Program-made: the position numbers and the translations under genes
Shown: positions 8,889 through 17,576 of the stretch, one piece after another
How positions within the stretch are numbered: the stretch's first letter is position 1
Layout of the letters: every line of letters begins with the position of its first letter
The notes under the pieces: generated by a model
Told to the model about the DNA's origin: nothing
Seen by the model: only the letters and a program-made list of their open reading frames with translations
Database searches by the model: none
DNA from: Sulfolobales archaeon HS-7
Lineage (GTDB): Archaea > Thermoproteota > Thermoprotei_A > Sulfolobales > Sulfolobaceae
DNA: 64,000 nt
Direction of reading: 5' to 3'
Assembly: GCA_019704295.1 (NCBI GenBank)
Contig: AP024596.1
Coordinates: 320,001 to 384,000, forward strand

Positions 8889-11800
8889 TTAAAAACTCTC
8901 ACTGGTAACGTGATTTGACTGTAGGTATTTCAGGAGATCCGTGTAGGGAATTTCCACCTTCCTCTGAGTTTTCATGTATTTTTGCTGATATAGGAACTCC
9001 CTGAGGGATGCAGCCGGGTTCTTGACCTCCCAGACTTTCTTGCTCGCCAGATCTGCTATGTATAAATAAAAGTGCTCCCTCATATCCCCCCCATAGCCGT
9101 GGAGTTTTGCCTTAGTAAACCTACCCCTATAAGTCCTATTATTGGGGTCCATCGCCATTAACTCAACGGGGGTTATATTGATCTTGCTCCAATTTCCTTG
9201 GACAGTCTTGACCTCAATGTATTTGACCTCGTCATTACATATACTTAAAAAGTCAAACCCTGCAGTGAAAACATCCCTCATGTCAATTACGTCACATCCC
9301 TTATTTTGCTCTAACCTATTCACGATCTCCTCTCCCTCTGAACCCTGATTTAAGAACTCCTTCATGGAGTTCACGTCCGCGTTTCCAGTTATGTCTGAGA
9401 ACCCTTCGGGTAACAGTCTAATCCCTGCTATGAGTTTTGAATCTGTATATATTTGGGCATAGTTGAAGAGGTCTGCTACGGTGCTTTTTCTACTAAATAG
9501 TTCATCTAAATTATCTGTCATTGAAGATCGTCTCTTTTCAATGTTAGCGATTTCCTGATCAATCACGTCAGTTACTTCCTGAAATATCTGATTCTTTCTA
9601 TATTCAATTTCTGTCTTAATCTGTTCCTCAACTTCCCTTATCTTTTTCTTAACTTCAGGTTCATCAGCTATAACTAGAAATTCCGATCCACACTCATCTA
9701 TGACAGCAGTAAGGGAATTGATGAATGAAGTCTCTACTCTCTTCACCTTTTTATTGACCTCATCGTATAATATTGCTATAAGCTTCTCCTTCTCAAGCTT
9801 CTTCTTGTAGAACATCCCTTCCGTGACTCTTCCGTTTACGGGAACCTCATCAGATTCACCCTTTACTTCAAAAAGTAGAAGCCAACCCATGAAACGCTTA
9901 TTTTCGGCAGTAAATGAAATAGGGTATGAAGATGGCTTCAAAAGGTCTATAAGAGCTCTAACCAGAGGATGAGTCGGGTATATATAGTTGCACTCCTTTA
10001 CCCTTTTACATTCATCAAAGCGAAAAGAAGCATTACTTACAATTAGATTTTCAGCATCTTTCACGCCTTTAGGAGGCCTTATGTCGTAAAGGAGTGGGTT
10101 TATCCTACTCCGAATTGGGGGGACTCCATAAGCTTTCAAGGTTTCTGTTACAAACATTTCCACTTCCTCCTCCGTCACTTCTTCCTTTTCATCGCATGAA
10201 GGGTCCAAATTACTAAAACTGTAAGACAAGTTATATTCGTTCCATTCCTTAGCTGTTCTTTCGGCTTTTCTTAACAGCGAGTCGATCTTTTTCTCTATCT
10301 CTTGATTCCTAAAGGTTTCGTCTGGGTTTTTTACAGTTGTTTCCCTTATAACCTTCTCTATGTCTTTGTCCGAAACTGCCACTCCAAGGTAATCGTAGAC
10401 TTTTCCTAATGTGTCCTTAATGATATCCAATTTGTTCATGAGTATTTCGAGAACATGAGAGTCTATGGTCTCCTCTGTGTAAACGTTATACGTCAACACC
10501 TTTTTCTTCTGTCCGTATCTGTGAACCCTTCCTATCCTCTGGTCAAGTCTGGTCGGATTCCAGGGAAGATCATAGTTTATTACTACGTTGGCCACTTGCA
10601 AATTCAGCCCTTCGGAGGCGACGTTAGTCGCAATTAAGACGTCCTTTCCCTCAATGAAATCTGTTTCAGCTCTCTTTCTCTCCTCAACTCCCATCTTTCC
10701 GTGTACGATGGACACTCTAAACTTGTCTTTCCATCTCTCATTCAGGTAAAATAGTGTGTCTCTAAACTCCGTAAAAACTATGACCTTATCTCCACGACTT
10801 ACGTGTTCCTCTATTACCTTTTCAACCTTTTCAAGCTTGGAGTCCTTGGCAATTCTACCTCCTTCGTCGATCAAGTCATCTAACCTGGATATCTCACGTG
10901 ACAGTTCTTCCTTGTTTCTACTCAAAGTGACTTCCTGGACTATACGTCTTTCGTCTATCCCTTTTTGGTGTTGATCGGAAGGATTTTGACCTTTATTAAC
11001 TATTTCTCCTAGCTTATTCCTTCTCTTCTTCAGGGTCTGCAAAAGGGAATTGAGGGAGGAGGAGGCCCTTTTTTGAATTACCATTGCTACTAAAGCATAA
11101 GCCTTAGACTTTCGTCTGTCGCTCTCTCTCATCGAGGCCATGTAGTAATCTCTTATATATTCATTAACTTTATCGAAGAAGTTCCTCTCTTGATCACTTA
11201 GAGTAACCTTTATGATCTTAGATTCTCTATCCGGTATAAGCCTATTATCATTGAAGTCTCTTACCTCTTCCCTCAACCTCCTGATCATAATTTCGTTTAA
11301 CACCACGTTTACGTTTGACTCAGTAACAAATGGATCGATCAATCGCAACCTATGAATGAAATCCTTGGTCTTTCCATGATGAGGGGTGGCGGTAAGTAGT
11401 ACTATGTTAAGAAATGGATCGCTAAGCAAAAGTCTTTCCGCCCCAGCGTACCTCTTTGTTCTACTGATTTTTTCCCTCTCTTCCCGTACTGTGAGATTAT
11501 GCGCCTCGTCTATTATTATCAGATCCCATTTCCCTTTCAACAAGGACTCTACTGCTTTTTTCTTGCCCAAGAGCCCCATGGAAAGGATAAAGTTTCCTGG
11601 ATGTTGATTAGGCGATAAGTCAGATGCCTCTTTAGTGCTTGATATTATTTTAAAGTCCAGATTAAACTTCTCCTTCATCTCTCTTTGCCACTGGAATAGA
11701 AGGGATTTTGGACAGATTACAAGGACGTTATTGGCTCTCTCCCTACTCTTTAGTTCTTTTATTAACATACCCATCATGATAGTCTTTCCAAGTCCGACAT

Positions 11801-11984
11801 CATCGGCAACTAGAAATCTTATAGGGTCGTGTCTGAGCATGTTTTGAACGGCGATCAACTGATGCGGAAGAGGATCGACCTTAGAAGGAACTGAAGTAGT
11901 GCAAGCCTCTTCGAAGGCAAAATGATGCAATCTTATTGCCTCAACTCTAAGGTAATTCAGAAGGGCCTCGCTTTCCCTATTCAT
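8889..11984 (-). CDS. SNF2-family helicase fused to C-terminal DUF3883 (NOV)-like PD-(D/E)XK nuclease
   Basis: PLPHQ, ADDVGLGKT, DEAH, LTATPH, ASEGLNLQ, PWNPTRLDQRIGRVHRYGQ; C-terminal GEE...GFDFLS...YIEVK. Confidence 0.92.
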   Translation of the reverse strand: MNRESEALLNYLRVEAIRLHHFAFEEACTTSVPSKVDPLPHQLIAVQNMLRHDPIRFLVADDVGLGKTIMMGMLIKELKSRERANNVLVICPKSLLFQWQREMKEKFNLDFKIISSTKEASDLSPNQHPGNFILSMGLLGKKKAVESLLKGKWDLIIIDEAHNLTVREEREKISRTKRYAGAERLLLSDPFLNIVLLTATPHHGKTKDFIHRLRLIDPFVTESNVNVVLNEIMIRRLREEVRDFNDNRLIPDRESKIIKVTLSDQERNFFDKVNEYIRDYYMASMRESDRRKSKAYALVAMVIQKRASSSLNSLLQTLKKRRNKLGEIVNKGQNPSDQHQKGIDERRIVQEVTLSRNKEELSREISRLDDLIDEGGRIAKDSKLEKVEKVIEEHVSRGDKVIVFTEFRDTLFYLNERWKDKFRVSIVHGKMGVEERKRAETDFIEGKDVLIATNVASEGLNLQVANVVINYDLPWNPTRLDQRIGRVHRYGQKKKVLTYNVYTEETIDSHVLEILMNKLDIIKDTLGKVYDYLGVAVSDKDIEKVIRETTVKNPDETFRNQEIEKKIDSLLRKAERTAKEWNEYNLSYSFSNLDPSCDEKEEVTEEEVEMFVTETLKAYGVPPIRSRINPLLYDIRPPKGVKDAENLIVSNASFRFDECKRVKECNYIYPTHPLVRALIDLLKPSSYPISFTAENKRFMGWLLLFEVKGESDEVPVNGRVTEGMFYKKKLEKEKLIAILYDEVNKKVKRVETSFINSLTAVIDECGSEFLVIADEPEVKKKIREVEEQIKTEIEYRKNQIFQEVTDVIDQEIANIEKRRSSMTDNLDELFSRKSTVADLFNYAQIYTDSKLIAGIRLLPEGFSDITGNADVNSMKEFLNQGSEGEEIVNRLEQNKGCDVIDMRDVFTAGFDFLSICNDEVKYIEVKTVQGNWSKINITPVELMAMDPNNRTYRGRFTKAKLHGYGGDMREHFYLYIADLASKKVWEVKNPAASLREFLYQQKYMKTQRKVEIPYTDLLKYLQSNHVTSESF

Positions 11985-12076
11985 AACAAGAGATTCATTT
12001 GAGGATTTTTATGGTTTTCTTACAGTTTTATTTCAGCTTTAAATACGAACAAAAGATCACAGATATCTGAAAAAGC

Positions 12077-12096
12077 TTTCCCTATTGTTAGGGAAA
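12077..12096. promoter_or_regulatory. Perfect 8-bp inverted repeat (TTTCCCTA-ttgt-TAGGGAAA) upstream of the helicase-nuclease gene; possible operator
   Basis: Read directly from sequence, ~95-110 nt upstream of the helicase start; function inferred. Confidence 0.3.
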
Positions 12097-12379
12097 AATG
12101 GGAAGATTTACGTTAGTGACGAAGCGGAATCCGTGTAATTCTGCTAACAGGGGAATTGGAATAACGTAATTCGGATTTTTTGTATATTCATGAACATATT
12201 TCACGTAAACCTTACAATAGTAAATAAAATACGAAGCTTTCAGAATTAAAAAAGACAAGGTTATATTAATGAAAGTAAAAAGTTGATCGTGCAGACCACC
12301 AATTTCTCTACTTGTAAGTCTCTTTTTTTACGCCTCTTACAGACGTAGCACACAAGGTAAAGCGGTTTTGAAAGTGATG

Positions 12380-12600
12380 AAAGGTGACAAGTTAGGAGAT
12401 ATGAGCAGGCAAATGAGGGTCGAGTCATTATCTAGAATAAGGTATCCTTATCGATGAGGAGTCCTATCTCAGGGGAGCTGATGCGCTTTCTCTATGACAT
12501 TATGAGAGCTGGAAAAGTCCTCCCACAGAAACGAAGGTTGTGTCTGACAAGGTAATTATACTAGATAGTGAAAGGGTAATCGCAGGGACTTTTATCGAGA
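12380..12600 (+). pseudogene. Decayed ABC-transporter ATP-binding subunit fragment
   Basis: Frameshifted fragments KLGDMSRQM (signature-like), LIDE..GADALS (Walker B/D-loop-like) and VSDKVIILDSERVIAG occur in the expected order. Confidence 0.4.
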
Positions 12601-12708
12601 TTTTCCTTTCCTCGGACTTAAGGACGGCAAACTCCGCTTACTTTATCGCCAACTCCTGAGGATAGGTCCTGACATTAGGGGTCGCTCTTTCCTTGTCATG
12701 ATATACCT

Positions 12709-12881
12709 ATACGGAGTAAGGTAATCAACGACCCTGCAAGGAGATTAGGGGAGCCGCCTGCTCAGGTTGCCATTAACTGTGCATTCAGTGAGAGTTCCCC
12801 CATACCTAAGGCGTCTAAGGAAGTCACTTCATAGATAACGCGTTAAGCGTGGATCGTGAACTTTCGCGTCACGACGTAAGG
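12709..12881 (+). pseudogene. Degenerate copy of the 3' end of the aldo/keto reductase gene (matches 2086-2262)
   Basis: Translates IRSKVINDPARRLGEPPAQVAINC...PIPKASKE versus IRNREVNDVAKRLGKTPAQVVLNW...PIPRASRE; collinear nucleotide similarity with indels. Confidence 0.8.
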
Positions 12882-12960
12882 TTACCGAATCATTATCGTG
12901 TTTCGTTAAACCGATTGTTACTAATATTTAATAGTTATCGGGACGAGTTGAATCTGTGTT

Positions 12961-13755
12961 ATGGAAACTGAGAACGTAATAAGAGATCTTGCACAAAGGT
13001 TCGTGAAGGAGGATCCGGCGAGGGCTATTGCAGAGGCAACGAGGACGAGGTATCTCTTTCTCGATTTTTTGGACTCGCTCAGAGGGAGGATCAAAGAACT
13101 TGATAAGTTAAGGTTTGAGATTCTCCTGGACGCTATAAAAGACGACGTAGAGTATCAGGACGTACTTGCTGAGGCGATCTCGTGGGAAATTAACCGAGTT
13201 GACGACAAAGACGCGTTAAATATTATAAACATAATTTCGCCTCTTCCATATCTTTTTCGAAGAGTTTGGTGTAATCTGGGAGAAAACTACTTTTCTAGAA
13301 GGGTCTACCTCATGGCACTAAAAATGAGTGCTTCACGATATCTGGGCTGGGGAGCAGGTAAGGGGTTCGTGAATTACGACAACGACGGTCTCCTGAAAAC
13401 TGTAGAAGTGGATAACGAATTTGCTGTAGGATTTGGGATTGGGACGGGTTTAAGTGTAGAGCTCCTGACCGATGAGAAATTAAGGAAAATACTCCAAATA
13501 AGAAATGAGACTTTGCATGTGACCTTCGCCTCGACTATAGTGTTGAGGGCTAACCACATCCCCTTTTCAACACTTATGAGTCTCATCTCACTTTCCAATT
13601 CGTACGAGAACTTCGGCAGAAGCTTTGGACTCCTCCTTTCTTTATACTACCCTCATCTTAAAAAGGACATAAAGGAAAAACTAGACATGTACTGCAGATT
13701 CAATAGTGGAAATCCCTTTTTGGAGGGATTTACTGACGTCCTGTTGAAGGATTAG
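12961..13755 (+). CDS. Hypothetical helical protein with Gly-patterned repeats
   Basis: 264 aa ATG ORF; LGWGAGKG, FAVGFGIGTG, FGRSFG motifs; overlaps the convergent acyl-CoA synthetase by 26 nt. Confidence 0.6.
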   Translation: METENVIRDLAQRFVKEDPARAIAEATRTRYLFLDFLDSLRGRIKELDKLRFEILLDAIKDDVEYQDVLAEAISWEINRVDDKDALNIINIISPLPYLFRRVWCNLGENYFSRRVYLMALKMSASRYLGWGAGKGFVNYDNDGLLKTVEVDNEFAVGFGIGTGLSVELLTDEKLRKILQIRNETLHVTFASTIVLRANHIPFSTLMSLISLSNSYENFGRSFGLLLSLYYPHLKKDIKEKLDMYCRFNSGNPFLEGFTDVLLKD

Positions 13756-15544
13756 CGGCCCTCTTTATTTCCTCCACAGAATCCGGATTCTCTAGAGAAG
13801 TGGAATCCCCTATTTCCTGACCCAAGTATATCCTTTTTATTAACCTCCTGAGGATCTTGGCATTTCTCGTCTTTGGAAGGGATCTCACGAAAATAACCTC
13901 CTTAGGGGCTAAGGGCTTTCCTATCTTGTCCTCCACGTATTTCCTGATCTCCTCCGGAGTGGAATTCCCCTTACTTACGACGAAGCAGATCGGTACCTCC
14001 CCTTTTACTGGATCTGGAACTCCTATACACGCAGATTCCACCACGTCCACATGGGTATTAACTATTGCCTCTATTTCCCCAGGTCCCAGCCTCTTCCCTG
14101 CCACCTTTATTACGTCGTCGCTCCTACCCGTTATGTAATAGAACTTACCGTCAAATATCGCCATATCTCCGTGGATCCATACGTCTCCCCTCCAATAAGT
14201 TTCAATGTATTTTTGGGGATTTCTCCAAAATCCGCGAGTCATCCCCGGCCAGGGTGCAAGTACGGACAGATAACCTTCCGAACCCCTAACAGGTCTTAAC
14301 TCCTCGTCTAGGACATCGACTTTCATTCCGGGAGAAGGGCCGTTAAATGACGCAGGGGCAATGTCCTTTACTACGTAACACCCCAAGATTCCTCCGGAAA
14401 TTTCCGTACCACCTGAGTAATTTATAAGGGGAGTATTGAGGTTATCCACTATATATCTCCAGGATGACTCGTCAAGTGGTTCCCCTGTTGAACCGACTAT
14501 CCTAGGAGGATTTTGCATACGAGGCTTACCTAAGGACTTCTGCATTCTAATAAGCGTTGGAGATAGACCCAATACTGATACCTTGTGGTAATCCACTACC
14601 TCCCAGAGATCTTTAGGAGTCCCGTCGAATAGGAAAATGGAGGAACCTAGGGTAATAGCGTTGAATATAACCCAAGGCCCCATCATCCATCCGAAATCCG
14701 ACATCCATGTTATCACATCACTTTCCTTTATGTCAAAGTGGAAATACCCATCTGCAGCTGCCTTAATGGGAAATCCCGCATGTACATGTACAGTCCCCTT
14801 TGGTTTTCCCGTCGTTCCTGATGTATATATTACCATAAGTACGTCCTCGGCACTGGTTTCCTCTATGTAATCTCCTCCCGTTTTGTAAACTTCAGAAAGC
14901 TGAGGATTTTCCTTATCTAGTCCTAACCTATCGTGAACTATAATCTTACCCGAAAAAGCCTCCCTTGCGTTATCTATCATTCTTATGATTTTCCCCTTTC
15001 TGATATTTCCGTCTGTGGAAAAGAGAAACTTGGCACCTACATCGTCAAGTCTTACCCTCATTAGCTCAGGTCCGAATCCCGAAAAAAGAGGTACTATAAC
15101 GCCCCCCGCCCTAGCTATACCGAAAACTACGGGGAGCAGATCCTTTGAGTAACTCATGTAAACGCCTACCCTATCTCCCTTCTCCAGCCCGTTCCTTTTC
15201 AACCAAGAAGCCACGGATTTAGCCTTACTCGCCATCTCGGAATAGGATATGGAACCCTTATTTCCCTCTTCGTCCTCCCAGCGCACGTACCCATTAGTGT
15301 CAGGAATGTTTCCGAGGTTGAACTTCCCCCCTATGAACCATTTAGCCCACTGTATCCCCTGTGAAGTATCTAGCACCTTTGAAAAGGGAGAAAACCAAGG
15401 GATCTTAATGCTTTTCGCGAACTCGCCCCAAAAAGCCTCTGTCAGTGAATAGGACAAAAAATCGTCTAGTGATTTGAGGTCGTGAGATTCCATAAAACGC
15501 TTTAGATTTGATTTTCTTACAACTTCCTCATCAGGCGTCCACAT
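13730..15544 (-). CDS. AMP-forming acyl-CoA (acetyl-CoA-like) synthetase
   Basis: YTSGTTGKPKG, SGGTE, GRSDDVIKVAGKR, PKTRNAK; start placed at ATG 15544, coupled to the upstream TGA. Confidence 0.92.
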   Translation of the reverse strand: MWTPDEEVVRKSNLKRFMESHDLKSLDDFLSYSLTEAFWGEFAKSIKIPWFSPFSKVLDTSQGIQWAKWFIGGKFNLGNIPDTNGYVRWEDEEGNKGSISYSEMASKAKSVASWLKRNGLEKGDRVGVYMSYSKDLLPVVFGIARAGGVIVPLFSGFGPELMRVRLDDVGAKFLFSTDGNIRKGKIIRMIDNAREAFSGKIIVHDRLGLDKENPQLSEVYKTGGDYIEETSAEDVLMVIYTSGTTGKPKGTVHVHAGFPIKAAADGYFHFDIKESDVITWMSDFGWMMGPWVIFNAITLGSSIFLFDGTPKDLWEVVDYHKVSVLGLSPTLIRMQKSLGKPRMQNPPRIVGSTGEPLDESSWRYIVDNLNTPLINYSGGTEISGGILGCYVVKDIAPASFNGPSPGMKVDVLDEELRPVRGSEGYLSVLAPWPGMTRGFWRNPQKYIETYWRGDVWIHGDMAIFDGKFYYITGRSDDVIKVAGKRLGPGEIEAIVNTHVDVVESACIGVPDPVKGEVPICFVVSKGNSTPEEIRKYVEDKIGKPLAPKEVIFVRSLPKTRNAKILRRLIKRIYLGQEIGDSTSLENPDSVEEIKRAANPSTGRQ

Positions 15545-15963
15545 CAGGCCTTTCCCACTACAAGAGGCCATTCCCACTTAATTACCTTGACTTTATCACC
15601 CTCCTTGGCGTCTCCTTCAACTCGGACAATTATTCCTCCCTTCGCGTTGAGGAATCTAATTATTCCTACCTTTATCGGCTTTTCCAGTTTGTTTCCGTAA
15701 CTGTCCTCCCTCACCTCAGTCAACAGGTCTAGATAAGGTTCTGTAAGCTCTACGTAATTTCCTTCCGTCATATCCTCAGGACAATAGTCCCGGGGGGGTA
15801 CGTATACCTTACCGCTACTGCACTTAATCCCGTAGAACTTCCCCTCCTTAATTCCTTCAATGAACTTCTTCCCCGCATTCCCTTCATCATATTCATACGC
15901 CTCTACCTCCATATTACCTTTCCAGAAGATCAAGTCCTCTATTCTTCCCTTCTTACTCCACAC
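15544..15963 (-). CDS. DUF35 Zn-ribbon/OB-fold protein
   Basis: KFIEGIKEGKFYGIKCSSGKVYVPPRDYCP; thiolase-associated context. Confidence 0.85.
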   Translation of the reverse strand: MWSKKGRIEDLIFWKGNMEVEAYEYDEGNAGKKFIEGIKEGKFYGIKCSSGKVYVPPRDYCPEDMTEGNYVELTEPYLDLLTEVREDSYGNKLEKPIKVGIIRFLNAKGGIIVRVEGDAKEGDKVKVIKWEWPLVVGKA

Positions 15964-15966
15964 TTT

Positions 15967-16422
15967 TCACACCTCCTTAAAACATTGAATATCCTCTATG
16001 CTTCCTACTCTCTTCTCATTCCACACGGCTTTAACTTTTGCCCCAATGATAGACATGTCCCTAACTTTATCATACGTGGTACAGATCCTATGAAACATTC
16101 CCGGAAACACGTAGTCTCTCTCCGAACCGTACAACTTTATAGTGCCTGAGATGATGGGTTCCTCTAATCTATCCCTTGTCCAGGAAACAAAGGATGCAAT
16201 TGCCGTGTGTACTATCCCCTCGTCCTTTAATTCGACCCATCCGTCCGTTGGCTTAAAGCATTCCTCGCAGTACATCTTAGGTGGGACATAGACCTTTTTG
16301 CACTTATTACACACCGTACCCAAAATCTTCTTCTCCTTAAGGCCATTTAAAAAGACGCTTTGCGCTTGGCCTGCGGAGTAAGAGTATTTAGCCTTTGGAA
16401 CGTATCTTATCATGTATTTCAC
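15967..16422 (-). CDS. DUF35 Zn-ribbon/OB-fold protein
   Basis: FLNGLKEKKILGTVCNKCKKVYVPPKMYCEEC. Confidence 0.88.
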   Translation of the reverse strand: MKYMIRYVPKAKYSYSAGQAQSVFLNGLKEKKILGTVCNKCKKVYVPPKMYCEECFKPTDGWVELKDEGIVHTAIASFVSWTRDRLEEPIISGTIKLYGSERDYVFPGMFHRICTTYDKVRDMSIIGAKVKAVWNEKRVGSIEDIQCFKEV

Positions 16423-17576
16423 CTCCTGAGAACCACAACAGTTGAGGCCTGCATGAGATCACCCCATGCCTGAGCTACTCCAGTGTAAACAGGTTTTTTC
16501 ACCTGCATCTTTCCAGCAGTTCCCTTGAGCTGCCAGTACAAACTAATTACCTTCATCAGCCCTGCGGCAGCAATTGGGTTTCCTACACCAAGTAAGCCTC
16601 CACCAGGAGAGCTCGGAAGGTCCCCATCTCTATTAAACACTCCCTCCTTTACCAACTGGGCAGCTTTGCCCTTTGGAGCTAATTGAAGAGCTTCCAGATG
16701 CATTAACTCCTTGTAATCGAATGGATCGTATGGTTCAGCCACGTCTATTTCCTTATTTGGTCTCTCAATTCCCGCCATTTTGTACGCCATCCTCCCCGCA
16801 ATCTCCAAATACCTGTTATAGGATAGATCTCTCCCAGTCCACTCAGTGTTGTCCAAAGTCCAGCCGACACCAGCCACCCACACAGGGGTGTCGGTATACC
16901 TCCTGGCAACGTCCTCCGACACCATAACTACAGCTGCCGCACCGTCACTCACCGGGGATACGTCAAGTCTATTTACGGGCCAAACTAGAACTTCGCTCTT
17001 TATCACGTCGTCTACTGTAATACGACCTCCGAGTTGGGCATAGGGATTATCTGCAGCATTTGCCTTATTCTTCACAGAAACTAAGGCAATGTCCTCCTTA
17101 GGAACTTTGTAAGCGTACATGTACCTATGCATTTCCATAGCGAAGATCCACAAAAGGTTCGGACCTATAGGTGTTTCCAATATGGGATCCCAGATGTATC
17201 TAAACACAGCCTGAGGATGAGGCCTTGCCTGACTCATCTTCTCCTCTGCTATTGCAAGAACCTTATCGCACATACCGCTTGCCACGTGGTAGTATCCTGA
17301 TATGGGCACCATAACTCCGGTTGCGCCTCCTATGAAGACTCTAGTCATTGGTTTATTCATCGCTGGGAAGAGGTACTCGCCCTTTTGATGTACACCATCA
17401 AACGCGTCCGGGGCACTTCCAATTACGACGCAATCTATGTCGTTATATCCTAGACCTGCTTCTTCCAGAGCCTTTATCGATGCTTCCTGTACCAATTCCT
17501 GCGGTGTCTTAAAGTGCCTTCTTGCAAACTTAGTCATTCCTGCTCCAATTATGGCTACTTTCCTCACTTTTCTCAC
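16419..17576 (-). CDS. Thiolase-domain protein (SCP-x/Ltp2-like)
   Basis: VAIIGAGMTKF, NPYAQ, SPVSDGAAAVV, EPYDPF, GGLLGVGNPIAAAG; start moved to GTG 17576 overlapping the upstream stop. Confidence 0.88.
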   Translation of the reverse strand: MRKVRKVAIIGAGMTKFARRHFKTPQELVQEASIKALEEAGLGYNDIDCVVIGSAPDAFDGVHQKGEYLFPAMNKPMTRVFIGGATGVMVPISGYYHVASGMCDKVLAIAEEKMSQARPHPQAVFRYIWDPILETPIGPNLLWIFAMEMHRYMYAYKVPKEDIALVSVKNKANAADNPYAQLGGRITVDDVIKSEVLVWPVNRLDVSPVSDGAAAVVMVSEDVARRYTDTPVWVAGVGWTLDNTEWTGRDLSYNRYLEIAGRMAYKMAGIERPNKEIDVAEPYDPFDYKELMHLEALQLAPKGKAAQLVKEGVFNRDGDLPSSPGGGLLGVGNPIAAAGLMKVISLYWQLKGTAGKMQVKKPVYTGVAQAWGDLMQASTVVVLRR

